Positions 10,247-24,096 are shown, numbered from the whole stretch's first letter. The stretch is DNA of 63,811 nt, filler included, from Pseudomonadota bacterium (GCA_043825735.1; 7 parts of 7 records of this genome joined end to end with filler, not necessarily neighbours in it); one strand, 5' to 3'. Program-made: numbers and translations. Notes: generated from the sequence alone by a model not told the origin.

Positions 10247-10362
10247 AAATATCCTTTTTCGATTGCAACGGCTTCCGCCTGTAGCTTGAGTTTCCTGGAT
10301 AAGCGCGTTGGAAAATGCGATTTTGGTGGTTGCCTACCGCCCGTGCGAAGCGGGGTGAGTCG

Positions 10363-13191
<2,829 letters not shown>

Positions 13192-13278
13192 TCCGTTTGC
13201 TTAAATTGCCCGCGGCGCGGTATCGTGTGAATCACCGGTTTGAAACTGCAGAGACCCCGAACCAACAGAAAACCGGTC

Positions 13279-13471
13279 CTCGCGCAGAGACGCGGAGACG
13301 CAGAGAACACCAGTAAAGCATCAAAATGTCGCGGAACTGGCCATGATTTAAATGTTTGGATAAAGAGGCTGGCTGCGGTGCCGACAGACCATGGAACATT
13401 GTTTTCATAGATAATTCCGAAAAATAATTGCATTTTTTGATTTTCTCTGCGTCTCCGCGTCTCTGCGAGAG
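13279..13471. repeat. Inverted 8-mer repeat element with a ~140-bp unique interior
   Basis: CTCGCGCAGAGACGCGGAGACGCAGAG ... CTCTGCGTCTCCGCGTCTCTGCGAGAG. Confidence 0.85.
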
Positions 13472-13488
13472 ATAAGTGCAGTTGATGA

Positions 13489-13827
13489 ATGTACTCTGAA
13501 GAGGTCGCCATGATCACGCTAGCGATTGACTTCGATGTCGTCTGTCGCATCGGCCCCGGAGAGATCGAAGACTGCCTGATTACCCATCCCGCAGTGGCGA
13601 TGGCTGCCGTAGTGGGGGTGCCCGATCCCATCCGGACCCAGGCGGTGAAAGCGTTTATCGTGCTTCACGCCGGCCATCAGGCATCCGAAGCACTTAAAGC
13701 GCAAATCCAGGCGCATGTGCGCCAAAGGCTGGCCGCCCACGAATATCCCCGGCAGGTTGATTTTGTGGACGCCCTGCCGCTGACGGCCACCGGAAAGATC
13801 ATCCGCCGGCAGTTGAGAGACGGTTAA
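13489..13827 (+). pseudogene. Acyl-CoA synthetase C-terminal (AMP-binding_C) fragment
   Basis: RIGPGEIEDCL..HPAV..AAVVGVPD..LPLTATGKI; the N-terminal adenylation domain is absent. Confidence 0.75.
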
Positions 13828-13856
13828 AACGCCATCGACGAAAAGGAGAGACGTTC

Positions 13857-14351
13857 ATGATTCCGGATATCAAGAAAATTCTCTACACTACCGATTTGTC
13901 AAAGTATGCAGTACACGCTTTTGGCTATGCAGCGAGCATGGCCAACCGCTACGATGCCAAGATCACCATTTTGCACGTTCTGGAGCCGATCTCGGCAAGC
14001 GCCAATGCGCAGCTTGCCTCCATGATGGGGCCCGAGCGCTGGAAGGAACTCCAGGAGCGTAATGAAAACGAGGCGCGGACCGCCATCAGCGGGCGTCTTG
14101 AGCAGTTCTGTATAGAGATGTCCGCAGAAATGACCCAGTGCCCGTTCATAGTGGACAGCATCGTTGTGGAAAACGGTGAGCCTGTGGAGAAGATTTTGCA
14201 ACAGGCCGAAAAAATCCACGCCGATATCGTGATTATGGGTACTCACGGCCAGGGGATTCTGGCCGATGTCATGTTGGGCAGCACCGCCCGGCGGGTGCTC
14301 CGGCGCTGCAAAAGGCCGGTGATGGTCATCCGGCTGCCGGAAAGGGAATAG
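13857..14351 (+). CDS. Universal stress protein
   Basis: KKILYTTDLS and IMGTHG..LGSTARRVL. Confidence 0.9.
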   Translation: MIPDIKKILYTTDLSKYAVHAFGYAASMANRYDAKITILHVLEPISASANAQLASMMGPERWKELQERNENEARTAISGRLEQFCIEMSAEMTQCPFIVDSIVVENGEPVEKILQQAEKIHADIVIMGTHGQGILADVMLGSTARRVLRRCKRPVMVIRLPERE

Positions 14352-14573
14352 CGCCTGACGGCGCGTCATTTGCTCCTTCGGAGCGTCAAATGGGCCTGGC
14401 GGCCCGTCAATTGCTCGCTGCGCTCATGTCACATGCGCCTTCGGGGCGTCAGGTGCGCCTGCGGCACGTCATAGGCTCCTGCGGAGCGTAAAAAACTACA
14501 GCGAAGCGAAATGACGCGCCGAAGGCGCATGTGACATGAGCGCAGCGAATAATTGACGCGAGCAACGCGAGCA
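14351..14573. repeat. Array A of ~20-22-bp GTCA-tagged mini-hairpins (7 forward units, 3 inverted)
   Basis: Units such as GCGCC-TGAC-GGCGC-GTCA, GCTCC-TTC-GGAGC-GTCA, GGGCC-TGGC-GGCCC-GTCA. Confidence 0.85.
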
Positions 14574-14577
14574 TCCG

Positions 14578-14844
14578 TCACTTCAATTGACTGTCTTTGC
14601 TGCCGCGTCGATTGATGCCGGTGGAAAACGTCTGCTGTTTTTCAGCTTCCGACTGGCAGTCGACACACAACCTAACGCCGGGAATGGCTTTGCGGCGGGC
14701 CTCGGGGATCAGTGCATCGCACTGCTGGCAATACGAGAGCCCCGCACCTTCCGGCAGCCGGCTTCGGGCCAGCTTCACCGCATCGTCGACACTGGCCGAT
14801 ATCTGATCTTGCACAGCCCCGTCACGGGACCAACCAACAGCCAT
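14578..14844 (-). CDS. DksA/TraR C4 zinc-finger protein (YbiI-like)
   Basis: MAVGWSRDGAVQDQI..CQQC..IPEARR..LCVDCQ..NRRGSKDSQL. Confidence 0.9.
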   Translation of the reverse strand: MAVGWSRDGAVQDQISASVDDAVKLARSRLPEGAGLSYCQQCDALIPEARRKAIPGVRLCVDCQSEAEKQQTFSTGINRRGSKDSQLK

Positions 14845-15022
14845 CGTTTCCTCCTGCTCAAAAGGTACCCCGGCCCGATTGTAGTTCCGGCTTGGTGGAA
14901 GGAGACGTTCAATGATGCTTGACGCTTAACAAAATACTCTCCCATGTTCTCGCAATGGTGCACAAGCTGTTACAGCGTCAACAGTTGTGGTACAGTTTTT
15001 CCTGGAAAATGTGTTGGGATCT

Positions 15023-15838
15023 TTATGTGATTTGACTGGTCACACCACCCGGGGCGCTGACCACCGTCTCATCGTCAAATCCCGGCCGTACGAAGGTGCG
15101 GGCATTTGGAAACGCCCACTGGACGGACCGGCGCAATTTCCCGAGATGCGCAACAAACCCTTCAATTTCCGGTTTCACCTGCGGAAATAGCGCGTTCAAT
15201 CCGATCCAGGCCGCGAGCGAGCGATCGATGGCGATCAGCGCCACTTTGGCCGAGCCGTCGGCGTCTCTGGGGAGGTCTTCCATGTCCTCGATCGATTCCA
15301 GGGGGTCGGGCAGTACGGCACGGTGCAGCTTGGCAACGATGAGGGTATGGTACCACAAGATGATGTCGATGAAATCGGCCGCCGAAGCGGCAGCCGGGGC
15401 ATTGCTTACCGGCTGCAGGTAACTGGCGCTGCCGGCGCCATGACCGTCCTGAAGGCCGGCCAGAAGCTGCGAGTGTGCGTCAAACCAGCCGCCGACCTGA
15501 TCCGAGTATTTTCTGGCGGAGATCACCAGGATGTGGTCGTCTCCGGAGCGGCGGTCAACATCGTCGATGCCGACATCGGTGAGATCGATACCGGCCGTTT
15601 CAGCCCATTCGTGCAGCATCTCCGCCGCCGATGCCAGAATGTCTGTCAGATGTCCCCAGAAATCTTCAGCGGTGCCGTCGTCTTTCGCTCCGGCTTCCGC
15701 CAGTTCCATGGCAAATACCGTGCAGCGCGCAGTCAATGGACACCGTTGGCACCAGCGGTCGCAGTAATTGTGGATCCCGGAAATAAAGGCAGGGTTTTGC
15801 ACCCGCTGTCTGATCTGATCGATTCGTTCTTTGCTCAC
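15023..15838 (-). CDS. Conserved hypothetical protein with a CDRWCxRC metal-binding motif
   Basis: IHNYCDRWCQRC..C and DGSAKVAL..FVRPGFD; GTG start chosen after an AAAGGA SD. Confidence 0.7.
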   Translation of the reverse strand: MSKERIDQIRQRVQNPAFISGIHNYCDRWCQRCPLTARCTVFAMELAEAGAKDDGTAEDFWGHLTDILASAAEMLHEWAETAGIDLTDVGIDDVDRRSGDDHILVISARKYSDQVGGWFDAHSQLLAGLQDGHGAGSASYLQPVSNAPAAASAADFIDIILWYHTLIVAKLHRAVLPDPLESIEDMEDLPRDADGSAKVALIAIDRSLAAWIGLNALFPQVKPEIEGFVAHLGKLRRSVQWAFPNARTFVRPGFDDETVVSAPGGVTSQIT

Positions 15839-16069
15839 ACTATCGTTTCCTTTTGTTAAAACCGGCTTCAGACGGAGGCGGCGCTGGATTGTCTTGGGAA
15901 CTAAAAAACACGACAGGGTTCCAGACGAAAACCGCCCGATTGCGTCCGGCATGACATGCGAGAGGCTTTTAACAGCTTCATCAAGCATGCGCGTCCATTT
16001 TTTTCAACCCGATTCTCTATGAAGCTCCAGTTTAGCGTCATAGACCGGTGCCTCTGATAACAATGTGAT

Positions 16070-16156
16070 CACCACGGGGTCACGGAGGGCACGGAGAAAC
16101 TCAAAAGATGTTGATTTTAAATATGAAATCTCCGTGTTCTCAGTGACTCCGTGGTT
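16070..16156. repeat. Inverted 9-mer repeat element (CACGGAG-type)
   Basis: CACCACGGGGTCACGGAGGGCACGGAG ... CTCCGTGTTCTCAGTGACTCCGTGG. Confidence 0.8.
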
Positions 16157-16208
16157 AAATATCCGTTGGCGGAGGGAAACCCATCGATCAACCCCATTGA
16201 CTGCCTGC

Positions 16209-16256
16209 TTGACAATCAACCAAGAGGGCTGTAAAAACTGACCTGAATTCTGGTCA
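16209..16256 (+). promoter_or_regulatory. Sigma70-like promoter and palindromic operator of the TA operon
   Basis: TTGACA-17bp-TAAAAA, then near-palindrome TGACCTGAATTCTGGTCA (16239-16256). Confidence 0.65.
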
Positions 16257-16267
16257 ACCTAAATAAG

Positions 16268-16543
16268 GTGCATCCCATGAATACCATATCCGTATCCGAA
16301 GCCAAGATGAAATTGAGCGCTCTGGTGACTGCCGTCCAGGAGACCGACGAAGAGGTCGTCATCACCCGAAACGGGCGACCGGTTGCGGTGCTGGTGAGCC
16401 CGGATGAATTTGAAAGTTGGCGGGAGACCCTGACGGTCCGATTCGACGCCGGTTTAATGGCAGAAATCCTAAAGGGTCAGGATTCCCTGAAAAAGGGCAA
16501 CGCATCGCTTTACTCTCTGGAAGAGTTGCTGCCCGAGCCATGA
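16268..16543 (+). CDS. Phd/YefM-family antitoxin
   Basis: SVSEAKMKLS..VITRNGRPVAVL. Confidence 0.9.
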   Translation: MHPMNTISVSEAKMKLSALVTAVQETDEEVVITRNGRPVAVLVSPDEFESWRETLTVRFDAGLMAEILKGQDSLKKGNASLYSLEELLPEP

Positions 16544-16830
16544 CAGCCAAGAGTCAATTCATCTTGAGGGTTCCGGACGATGTCGCTGCTTTTCTAAGAA
16601 AGTGTCATCCGAGGATCAAATCGCAGTTCCGATCCGGCTTGCAGTCCATCCTGGATAATCCGCATATCGGCAAAGCGCTCAAGGAGGCGCTTAGCGGCCT
16701 TCGAAGCCACCGCGTGAAACGGTATCGGATCATCTATTGCATTGACGTTGAAAGACAGCACATCGAAATCGTCGCCATAGGCCCGCGAAGCATTATCTAC
16801 GAAGAAACCTTTCGCATGCTTCAAAGATGA
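16540..16830 (+). CDS. RelE/ParE-family toxin
   Basis: GKALKEALSGLRSHRVKRYRIIY..IGPRS.IY; ATGA overlap with the antitoxin. Confidence 0.9.
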   Translation: MTAKSQFILRVPDDVAAFLRKCHPRIKSQFRSGLQSILDNPHIGKALKEALSGLRSHRVKRYRIIYCIDVERQHIEIVAIGPRSIIYEETFRMLQR

Positions 16831-16843
16831 TTGCGCTGCGCTT

Positions 16844-17155
16844 GCGCCTGGCGGCGCGTCAATTGCTCGCTGCGCTCGCGTCAATAGTGCCTGCGGCACG
16901 TCAAGTGGGCCTATCGGCCCGTCAATGGCGCCTGAAGGCGCGTCATATGCTCCTTCGGAGCGTCATAGGCCCGTCCGTCGGCATTGTCTCCCTCGGTGTG
17001 GGCTTGTTTCTGCGCGGTATTATCGGTATGAATTGAGGCGAAGCAACTGACGCGAGCGCAGCGAGCATTTGACGGCGCAGCCGATTGACGCGCCGCAGGC
17101 GCAATTGACATGAGCGCAGCGAATATATGACGCGAGCGCAGCGAGCAACTGACGC
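16844..17155. repeat. Array B of GTCA-tagged mini-hairpins (6 forward units, ~80-bp spacer, 5-6 inverted units)
   Basis: Same unit grammar as array A. Confidence 0.85.
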
Positions 17156-17191
17156 AAACACCGTGAGCATACTGACCAAAGGAGAAAAGTC

Positions 17192-18070
17192 ATGAAGGTC
17201 GCATTTATCGGCATGGGGACCATGGGGGCGCCGATGGCCATGAACCTGCTCAAGGCCGGGTTTTTTGTCACCGTGCACAATCGGACCCGGGAGCGTGAGA
17301 TTCCGGTGGCAGCGGCCGGAGCGGCGCGGGCGGCCACGCCCCGGGCGGCCGCTAAAGGCGCTCAGGTCATCATCACCTGTGTCAGCGACACGCCGGATGT
17401 GGAAACCATTCTCCTGGGGGAAAACGGCGTCATCGACGGCGCTGCCAGCGGGGCCATCGTCGTGGACATGTCCACCATCAGTCCCTCGGCCACCCGGCGG
17501 ATGGCGGCATCCCTGGCGGAAAACGGCGTACGCATGATCGATGCCCCGGTATCCGGCGGATCTGAAGGCGCACAGAAGGGCACCTTGTCCATCATGATCG
17601 GGGGTGACGCCGAGGACGTGTCGGCTGCGATGCCGGTGCTGGCGGCCATGGGTAAAACCATCTCCCACGTCGGCCCCATCGGCTCAGGACAGGTGACCAA
17701 GGCCATCAACCAGATCGTGGTGGCCGGGACCTACTGGAGTGTGGCCGAAGGCGTCGCACTGGGTCTGAAAGCGGGTCTTGACATGGAAAAAGTCGTGACC
17801 GCGGTGGGCAGCGGGGCGGCGGGTTCCTGGGCCATGAACAACCGCTCGGCAAATATGATCGCCAACCACTACCCCCTCGGGTTCCGCGTGCGCCTCCACC
17901 ACAAGGATTTGAAAATCGCCCTGGAAGTGGCCCGGGAACTGGGGGTGACTCTGCCCGTCGCCGCTTTTGTCGATCAGGTGGAGACCGGGCTGGTGGCCCG
18001 TGGTTTCGGCGACGAAGACATCTCCGCCATCGCCCGCAGTGTGCGCGAGCAGTCAGGCATAGAAGGATAG
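17192..18070 (+). CDS. Beta-hydroxyacid dehydrogenase (tartronate semialdehyde reductase / 3-hydroxyisobutyrate dehydrogenase family)
   Basis: FIGMGTMG, DAPVSGG, KAINQ. Confidence 0.9.
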   Translation: MKVAFIGMGTMGAPMAMNLLKAGFFVTVHNRTREREIPVAAAGAARAATPRAAAKGAQVIITCVSDTPDVETILLGENGVIDGAASGAIVVDMSTISPSATRRMAASLAENGVRMIDAPVSGGSEGAQKGTLSIMIGGDAEDVSAAMPVLAAMGKTISHVGPIGSGQVTKAINQIVVAGTYWSVAEGVALGLKAGLDMEKVVTAVGSGAAGSWAMNNRSANMIANHYPLGFRVRLHHKDLKIALEVARELGVTLPVAAFVDQVETGLVARGFGDEDISAIARSVREQSGIEG

Positions 18071-18126
18071 CGTGCTTGACTGAGAAAAGAAGATGGGATG
18101 ACTGAATGAGAAGAAAAAATGCCAAG

Positions 18127-18215
18127 CACCACAGAGATCGCAGAGGGCACTGAGAAAAACAACAGCGTTTGATCTTGGTGTTAAACCCTCTGTGCGCTCC
18201 GTGTTCTCCGTGGTG
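18127..18215. repeat. Inverted 9-mer repeat element
   Basis: CACCACAGAGATCGCAGAG ... CTCCGTGTTCTCCGTGGTG. Confidence 0.8.
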
Positions 18216-18239
18216 ATCGCGGTTTTGTTTGCAAAGCCG

Positions 18240-19418
18240 TCAATGTTTGATTTCGTTCCAGTTCTCGACCAGGTGGTATTTGCCCTGTTTGATGACCGTA
18301 TAGAAGATATCTGAAAACCCTCGGTGATCTTCGGGGGTGTAGGAAATTTTCTCAGGAAGCCCGACATCCAGATTCGTCAGAGATTCTGCAGCCTTGATGA
18401 ACCCTTCCCGGGTAAGATTTGCGCCCGCTGATTGTAAAACCGCTACCAGCGTTTTAGCGTTCATGAATCCCTCGAGGCTGACGAAATTCGGCTCATCCCG
18501 GGGATAATATTTCTTCAGAATTTCCCGGTACTCGACAACACCGGGATAGGCCGACTCGGGGGGCGGCACCACCTGGGTCACGACGACGCCGTCACTGTCG
18601 CGGCCGACCCCCAATTGCCGTGCAAGCTCCTTGGCGCCGACAAAGCTGACGTTATGAAAATACGGGTTGTATCCGCTCCATTTGGCGGATCGAATGAAAT
18701 TGGCGCAGGGTTCATAGACGCCCACCATCACCACCGCTTCCGCCTGGGAGGCCACAATCGGTTTAAGTCCCTCCGAAATGCCGGGATTGCCTCTTTCATA
18801 GGTTCCTGTGGCGACCGGCAGGGTATTGTATTTTGCCAATGCCAGCTCGACCCCTTTTAAACCGGCCTTCCCATAAGCATCGTTCTGATAGAATACCGCG
18901 ATTTTCCGAGCGCCGAGATCATTCCAGAAGTGGTCGACAATGCCTGCCGTCTCCTCATAGTAAGACGCCCTGATGTTGAAAATATAGCGCTGCACTGGTT
19001 CCCGAAGTGCTTCCGCACCGGTGAACAGTCCCACCAGCGGGATTTTTTCCATTTCTACAATGGGGATGATTTTGACACTGGTCGGCGTTCCCACGTAACA
19101 GGTCAAGGCGAACACCTTGTCTTCATTGATCAGTTTCTCAGTATTTTTTATGCAAGACGGCGGGTCGTAACCATCATTGTAGGCAATGAGCTTGATTTTC
19201 CGGCCATGAATGCCACCCTGCTCATTCACATTCTGGATATAGGCCATCGCCCCGTGGAGCGTCTGGGTGCCGAGATACTGCGCGTGCCCTTCAAGCGCCA
19301 GCGATGACCCGATAAGTATCTCCGTGCCGGTAACCCCGGGATCAGCAACGGCTGCTGCTGCGGTCATTACCAATACCACCCACACTGCCATTGCCATTTT
19401 TATGCGAGGTCGTGTCAC
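18240..19418 (-). CDS. Branched-chain amino-acid ABC transporter substrate-binding protein (LivK-like)
   Basis: Signal peptide, GVTGTEILIG, GGIHGRKI, NIRASY, YQNDAYG; GTG start after GGAGGA. Confidence 0.85.
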   Translation of the reverse strand: MTRPRIKMAMAVWVVLVMTAAAAVADPGVTGTEILIGSSLALEGHAQYLGTQTLHGAMAYIQNVNEQGGIHGRKIKLIAYNDGYDPPSCIKNTEKLINEDKVFALTCYVGTPTSVKIIPIVEMEKIPLVGLFTGAEALREPVQRYIFNIRASYYEETAGIVDHFWNDLGARKIAVFYQNDAYGKAGLKGVELALAKYNTLPVATGTYERGNPGISEGLKPIVASQAEAVVMVGVYEPCANFIRSAKWSGYNPYFHNVSFVGAKELARQLGVGRDSDGVVVTQVVPPPESAYPGVVEYREILKKYYPRDEPNFVSLEGFMNAKTLVAVLQSAGANLTREGFIKAAESLTNLDVGLPEKISYTPEDHRGFSDIFYTVIKQGKYHLVENWNEIKH

Positions 19419-19552
19419 AGTGTCCTCCGTGTTGAAACAAGGTATAAATCCAACCACCGCTGTTAGATCGTTATTCTCTTTTACCCTCAACACCGGCATT
19501 TGGCAAAATGTTTTCGCCGCTGCTGTAGTGTCCATCGCTTTGAGATCGCTGT

Positions 19553-19590
19553 CCTTCGACTTCACTCAGTGCCGTGAACCTGTCGAACGG
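19553..19590. repeat. REP-like element, inverted near-copy of 24111-24148
   Basis: CCTTCGACTTCACTCAGTGCCGTGAACCTGTCGAACGG. Confidence 0.7.
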
Positions 19591-19771
19591 CAGCTTCGCA
19601 AGAGATTCGGACTTTTTACGGCACGGTCAACTTATTCCAAATTGCATTCAAGATGACTCTAATATCCAATCCCAGCCGGTCAGTGACTGCAGGAAACTCG
19701 GATTGCGCTTCAGCCGAGCCAGTCCCCTTGCTGCCTGCGCGATGGCTGCTCCGAGGGAACCGAACACACGG

Positions 19772-19871
19772 NNNNNNNNNNNNNNNNNNNNNNNNNNNNN
19801 NNNNNNNNNNNNNNNTTAATTAATTAANNNNNNNNNNNNNNNNNNNNNNNNNNNNNNNNNNNNNNNNNNNN
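19772..19871. other. Artificial contig-joining spacer
   Basis: N-run + TTAATTAATTAA + N-run. Confidence 0.99.
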
Positions 19872-20037
19872 GTACGGCTACAACGATCTTTTCATCGGCG
19901 TGCCGGTGAAGCTTGGGGCCGGCGGCGTTGAGCAGATCATCGAGATCACGCTGACCGCCGACGAAAAGGCCGCCCTGGACAAATCGGCCGCGGCGGTCGA
20001 AGGCCTCAAGGAAATCCTGAAAAAACTCGGTTATTAA
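19872..20037 (+). CDS. mdh: Malate dehydrogenase, 3' end only
   Basis: Translated by hand: [39 protein letters not shown]. Confidence 0.8.
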
Positions 20038-20054
20038 AGGGTGTTTCAAATCTC

Positions 20055-20093
20055 AAAAAAATGCGCTCCCGCCTTTTGCGGGAGCGCATTTTT
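20055..20093. terminator. Bidirectional terminator between mdh and uvrC
   Basis: A7-TGCGCTCCCGC-loop-GCGGGAGCGCA-T5. Confidence 0.9.
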
Positions 20094-20188
20094 ATGCTGA
20101 TGACAAGCACCGGCCATTGGCATTTGCCGATGACCCGGTCGGACACTGAGCCCAGGAACACATCAGTGCAATGCACTATGGCCAAGCG

Positions 20189-22060
20189 TTAATGCGTTGA
20201 GTTTGCATCGCATTCTTCAGTCGGGGGATCGTTAAAAAACGATCGCACCGCTTCAGCGGCCTTGAGGCTCATGCCCGGCAGTGCGGCCATCTCCGCCACT
20301 GTAGCCTTCCGGATCGCCGCGATTTCTCTGAAATGGGTCAGAAGAATGCGCCTTCGGGTCGCGCCGATACCCGGAATGGGATCAAGGACCGAGCGGAGGG
20401 TGTCGGCGCGTCGGCGCTGACGGTGGTAGCCTACGGCATACCGGTGCGTCTCGTCCCGTATCTTCTGTAAAAACAGCAATACGTCGCCGTCACGTCCGAA
20501 ATTCACCGGGTTGCTGCGTCCGGGCAGATAGATCTTGTCCTGGGTGTCACCCCATCGTTCGTCTTTTTTCGCGATTCCCGCCACTCCGAAGCGTCCCACC
20601 AGATCCATCGATGCGATCACCGCCATGGCCACATTGAGTTGCCCTTTGCCGCCGTCAAGCAGCAGCAGGTCTGGAAACGGGGTGTCGTCCCCTGCCCCGC
20701 CGCCGATGAACCGCCGGGTGAGAACTTCGGCCATGGTGGCATAGTCATCGGCCCCGGTCACCGATCGGATGCGGTAGCGCCGGTACATGGCCTTGGCCGG
20801 CCGGCCGTTTTCAAATACCACCAAACCGGCCACCGGTGCGGTCCCCATGAGGTTGGAATTGTCGATGCATTCGATACGGTGTGGGAACTCGCTCAGATGT
20901 AAACGTTTTTGAAGTCGGAAGAGCAGATCGGTGTCCGTGTCCGCAGACATCTGGACCTCTTTGAGCCGATCGGCGGCATTCTGCAGCGCCAATGCCAAAA
21001 GCCGCACTTTTTCTCCCCGTTTGGGCTGATAAATCCGAACCGCATGTCCTGCCGTTTCCCGCAGTTCGGCTTCGATAAGGAGGGTCTCCGCTGTCGTGAC
21101 GGGCAGAAGAATTTCCTGGGGTATCCGAGCGGAATCCGTATAGTGCTGGCGGATAAAAGCACCGACGAGCTCCGGATCGGTGGCCAGTGTTTCCTTTACC
21201 GCCGCATGCCGGGATCCGATGAGATAGCCGTTTCGAACCTGAAGCAGCGTGACCACCGTGACCGTCTCGCTGGCGGCCACTCCCAGGGCATCGCGATCAG
21301 TGAAATCCTGGGTGACCACGACCTGACGCTCGAGGGTTTTTTCCATTGCGGCGATCCTGTCTCTGAGCACCGCCGCCTGCTCGTAGCATTGGTCCGCCGC
21401 CGCCTTCTGCATGTCGGCGCGCATTTCCGTGAGCAGTTGCGGCGTACGGCCGCTGAGAAACAGGACGACCTGCCGGACGATGCCGGCGTAGGCATCTTGT
21501 GCTACCGGCAAGCAGCAGGGACCAAGGCAAGCGCCCATTTGATGATGGAGACAGGGGCGGGTTCGCCGGTCGAATTCCGCATTCCGACATTTTCTCAGCT
21601 TGAAGGTGCTGTCGATGAACTTGAGGGTCTGGCGCACCGCATGGGCCGACGCGAACGGACCGAAATGCCGGTTGCCGTCTTTTCGCGGCGTTCGGACAAT
21701 GCTCAGCCGCGGGTAGGCGTGGACCATCTCCAAACGCAGCGACGGGTAACGCTTGTCGTCCTTGAGGACAACGTTATAACGCGGCCGATGCCTTTTTATC
21801 AGGGTCTGCTCAAGGATGAGGGCTTCATTTTCGCTTGCCGTGGCGATGGTCTCCACATCCGCGATGCGCCGCACCAGAACCCCGGTCTTGACGTCCAGCT
21901 GATCGATAGGCTTAGCGTAGCTGGTCAGTCTTTTCTTGAGGTTGCGGGCCTTGCCCACATAAATGATCCGCCCCTGCCGATCCTTCATCAGGTAGACACC
22001 TGGCGAAGGGCCGACCCGCTGAATCTTTTCCGCCAGTGATGTGGTTTCCGGTTCAGTCAT
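20189..22060 (-). CDS. uvrC: Excinuclease ABC subunit C
   Basis: GIY-YIG domain ([14 protein letters not shown]), [16 protein letters not shown]-terminal HhH. Confidence 0.97.
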   Translation of the reverse strand: MTEPETTSLAEKIQRVGPSPGVYLMKDRQGRIIYVGKARNLKKRLTSYAKPIDQLDVKTGVLVRRIADVETIATASENEALILEQTLIKRHRPRYNVVLKDDKRYPSLRLEMVHAYPRLSIVRTPRKDGNRHFGPFASAHAVRQTLKFIDSTFKLRKCRNAEFDRRTRPCLHHQMGACLGPCCLPVAQDAYAGIVRQVVLFLSGRTPQLLTEMRADMQKAAADQCYEQAAVLRDRIAAMEKTLERQVVVTQDFTDRDALGVAASETVTVVTLLQVRNGYLIGSRHAAVKETLATDPELVGAFIRQHYTDSARIPQEILLPVTTAETLLIEAELRETAGHAVRIYQPKRGEKVRLLALALQNAADRLKEVQMSADTDTDLLFRLQKRLHLSEFPHRIECIDNSNLMGTAPVAGLVVFENGRPAKAMYRRYRIRSVTGADDYATMAEVLTRRFIGGGAGDDTPFPDLLLLDGGKGQLNVAMAVIASMDLVGRFGVAGIAKKDERWGDTQDKIYLPGRSNPVNFGRDGDVLLFLQKIRDETHRYAVGYHRQRRRADTLRSVLDPIPGIGATRRRILLTHFREIAAIRKATVAEMAALPGMSLKAAEAVRSFFNDPPTEECDANSTH

Positions 22061-24080
22061 CTGTTGACAGACCCATCATGAGAATCTTTTTCAGAACCAG
22101 CATCCTGTCCCTGAGGCCGGCGGCTTTTTCAAAATCCAATGATGCGGCCGCAGCGTGCATCTCTTTTTCGAGCGTCATGATCGCCGTTTCCAGATCTTCC
22201 AGGGTTTCGAAGGCCGCGGTGGCTTCCGCCACCCCGGGTACCGGCGCGGCGGCGCCACCAGGGGCTGCGCCAAAGAGCGTTGCGATATCTTTTCGAATGG
22301 TGCGCGGAGTGATGTCGTGGGCGGTATTATAGGCCGTCTGAATCGCACGTCGCCGCTCGGTTTCATCGATGGTGGCCTTCATGGAGGCTGTCACGGTATC
22401 GGCGTAAAGGATCACCTCGCCGCCGACATTCCGGGCTGCCCGTCCGCAGGTCTGAATGAGAGAACGGGTGGACCGCAAAAACCCTTCCTTGTCGGCGTCG
22501 AGCACCGCCACCAGAGAGACTTCGGGAATGTCGAGGCCTTCGCGGAGCAGGTTGATGCCGATGAGGACGTCAAATACGCCCAAGCGTAGATCTCTGATAA
22601 TGTCTATGCGTTCCAGAGTGCCGATATCCGAGTGCAGATAACGGACGCGAACCCCCAAGTCAGAATAATAGGCCGTGAGGTCTTCTGCCATGCGTTTGGT
22701 CAGGGTGGTGACCAACACCCGCTCGTTGCGCTCGCACCGGGTACGGATTTCGCTATAGAGGTCATCAACCTGCTGCAGGGCACTGCGCACATGGATCGTG
22801 GGATCGATGAGCCCGGTGGGTCTGGCGATTTGTTCGATGACGGCCCCTTCGGACTGGGCGATCTCGTAATCCGCGGGCGTTGCCGATACATAGATGACCT
22901 GCTTGACCCGCTGAGAAAACTCCTCGAAGGTCAGGGGACGGTTATCCTGCGCGGACGGCAGCCGGAATCCGTATTCCACCAGGGTCTGTTTCCGGGATCG
23001 GTCGCCTTTGAACATCGCGCGGATCTGAGGAACGGCAATGTGGCTCTCATCGATGCACATCAAAAAATCATCGGGGAAATAATCGAGAAGCGTGGGCGGC
23101 GGCTCACCGGGGCGGCGGCCGGTAAGGTGCCGGGAATAGTTTTCTATGCCGTTGCAGTAGCCCAACTCCTGCATCATTTCCAGATCGAACCGGGTGCGCT
23201 CTTCGATACGCTGGGCCTCCAGTGGTTTATTGCTCTGGTGGTAGTGCTCGCAGCGCTCCTTCAACTCGGCCATGATGGTCTGGACCGCCCGGGTCTGTGT
23301 GGTCTTCTGGGTGACGTAGTGGCTGGCCGGGTAGATGGCTGTCCGCTGAAGGCGCCGTTTCACCACCCCCCTGAGCGGATCGGTCTCGCAGATGGCCTCC
23401 ACCTCGTCGCCGAAAAAATCGATGCGCAGCGCCGTGTCCTCTTCGTAACTGGGAAACACCTCCACCCGGTCCCCTCTGACCCGAAACGTACCCCGGTGAA
23501 AATCGATGTCGTTGCGCTCGTATTGCATGGCCACCAGGGCACGCAGGAGCGACTCCCGATCCAGTTCGGCCCCGACGGCCACCTCGGTCCGCATCGCCAG
23601 GTAATCTTCCGGTGCACCGATGCCGTAGATGCACGACACACTGGCGATCACGATAACGTCGCGTCGGGCCAGCACGGATCGCGTGGCCGAGTGGCGCATC
23701 TTGTCGATCATATCGTTGATGGATGAGTCTTTTTGAATATAGGTGTCCGATGACGGCAGATACGCCTCGGGCTGGTAATAATCATAATAGCTGACAAAGT
23801 ATTCAACCGCGTTGTCGGGAAACAATGATTTGAATTCGTGGTAGAGCTGGGCGGCGAGCGTTTTGTTGGGGGCCAGCACCAGTGTGGGTTTCTCCATGCG
23901 ATGGATCACATTGGCTATGGTGAAAGTCTTCCCCGAACCGGTTACCCCCAACAGGACCTGGTGGGGCTTGCCTTCGCGGACCCCTGCCGTCAGACGATCG
24001 ATTGCTACCGGCTGGTCACCGGCGGGTGTGAATTCGGAGTGCAGATCGAAAAGAGACAATAAACACCTCAACATTCTCAA
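22053..24080 (-). CDS. uvrB: Excinuclease ABC subunit B
   Basis: [32 protein letters not shown]. Confidence 0.98.
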   Translation of the reverse strand: MRMLRCLLSLFDLHSEFTPAGDQPVAIDRLTAGVREGKPHQVLLGVTGSGKTFTIANVIHRMEKPTLVLAPNKTLAAQLYHEFKSLFPDNAVEYFVSYYDYYQPEAYLPSSDTYIQKDSSINDMIDKMRHSATRSVLARRDVIVIASVSCIYGIGAPEDYLAMRTEVAVGAELDRESLLRALVAMQYERNDIDFHRGTFRVRGDRVEVFPSYEEDTALRIDFFGDEVEAICETDPLRGVVKRRLQRTAIYPASHYVTQKTTQTRAVQTIMAELKERCEHYHQSNKPLEAQRIEERTRFDLEMMQELGYCNGIENYSRHLTGRRPGEPPPTLLDYFPDDFLMCIDESHIAVPQIRAMFKGDRSRKQTLVEYGFRLPSAQDNRPLTFEEFSQRVKQVIYVSATPADYEIAQSEGAVIEQIARPTGLIDPTIHVRSALQQVDDLYSEIRTRCERNERVLVTTLTKRMAEDLTAYYSDLGVRVRYLHSDIGTLERIDIIRDLRLGVFDVLIGINLLREGLDIPEVSLVAVLDADKEGFLRSTRSLIQTCGRAARNVGGEVILYADTVTASMKATIDETERRRAIQTAYNTAHDITPRTIRKDIATLFGAAPGGAAAPVPGVAEATAAFETLEDLETAIMTLEKEMHAAAASLDFEKAAGLRDRMLVLKKILMMGLSTDD

Positions 24081-24096
24081 TGCTCAAGTTCAGAAC

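Noticed and set aside
14351..17155. Hairpin arrays as CRISPR arrays
   Set aside because: No constant repeat alternating with unique 30-40-nt spacers, and no cas genes in the window.
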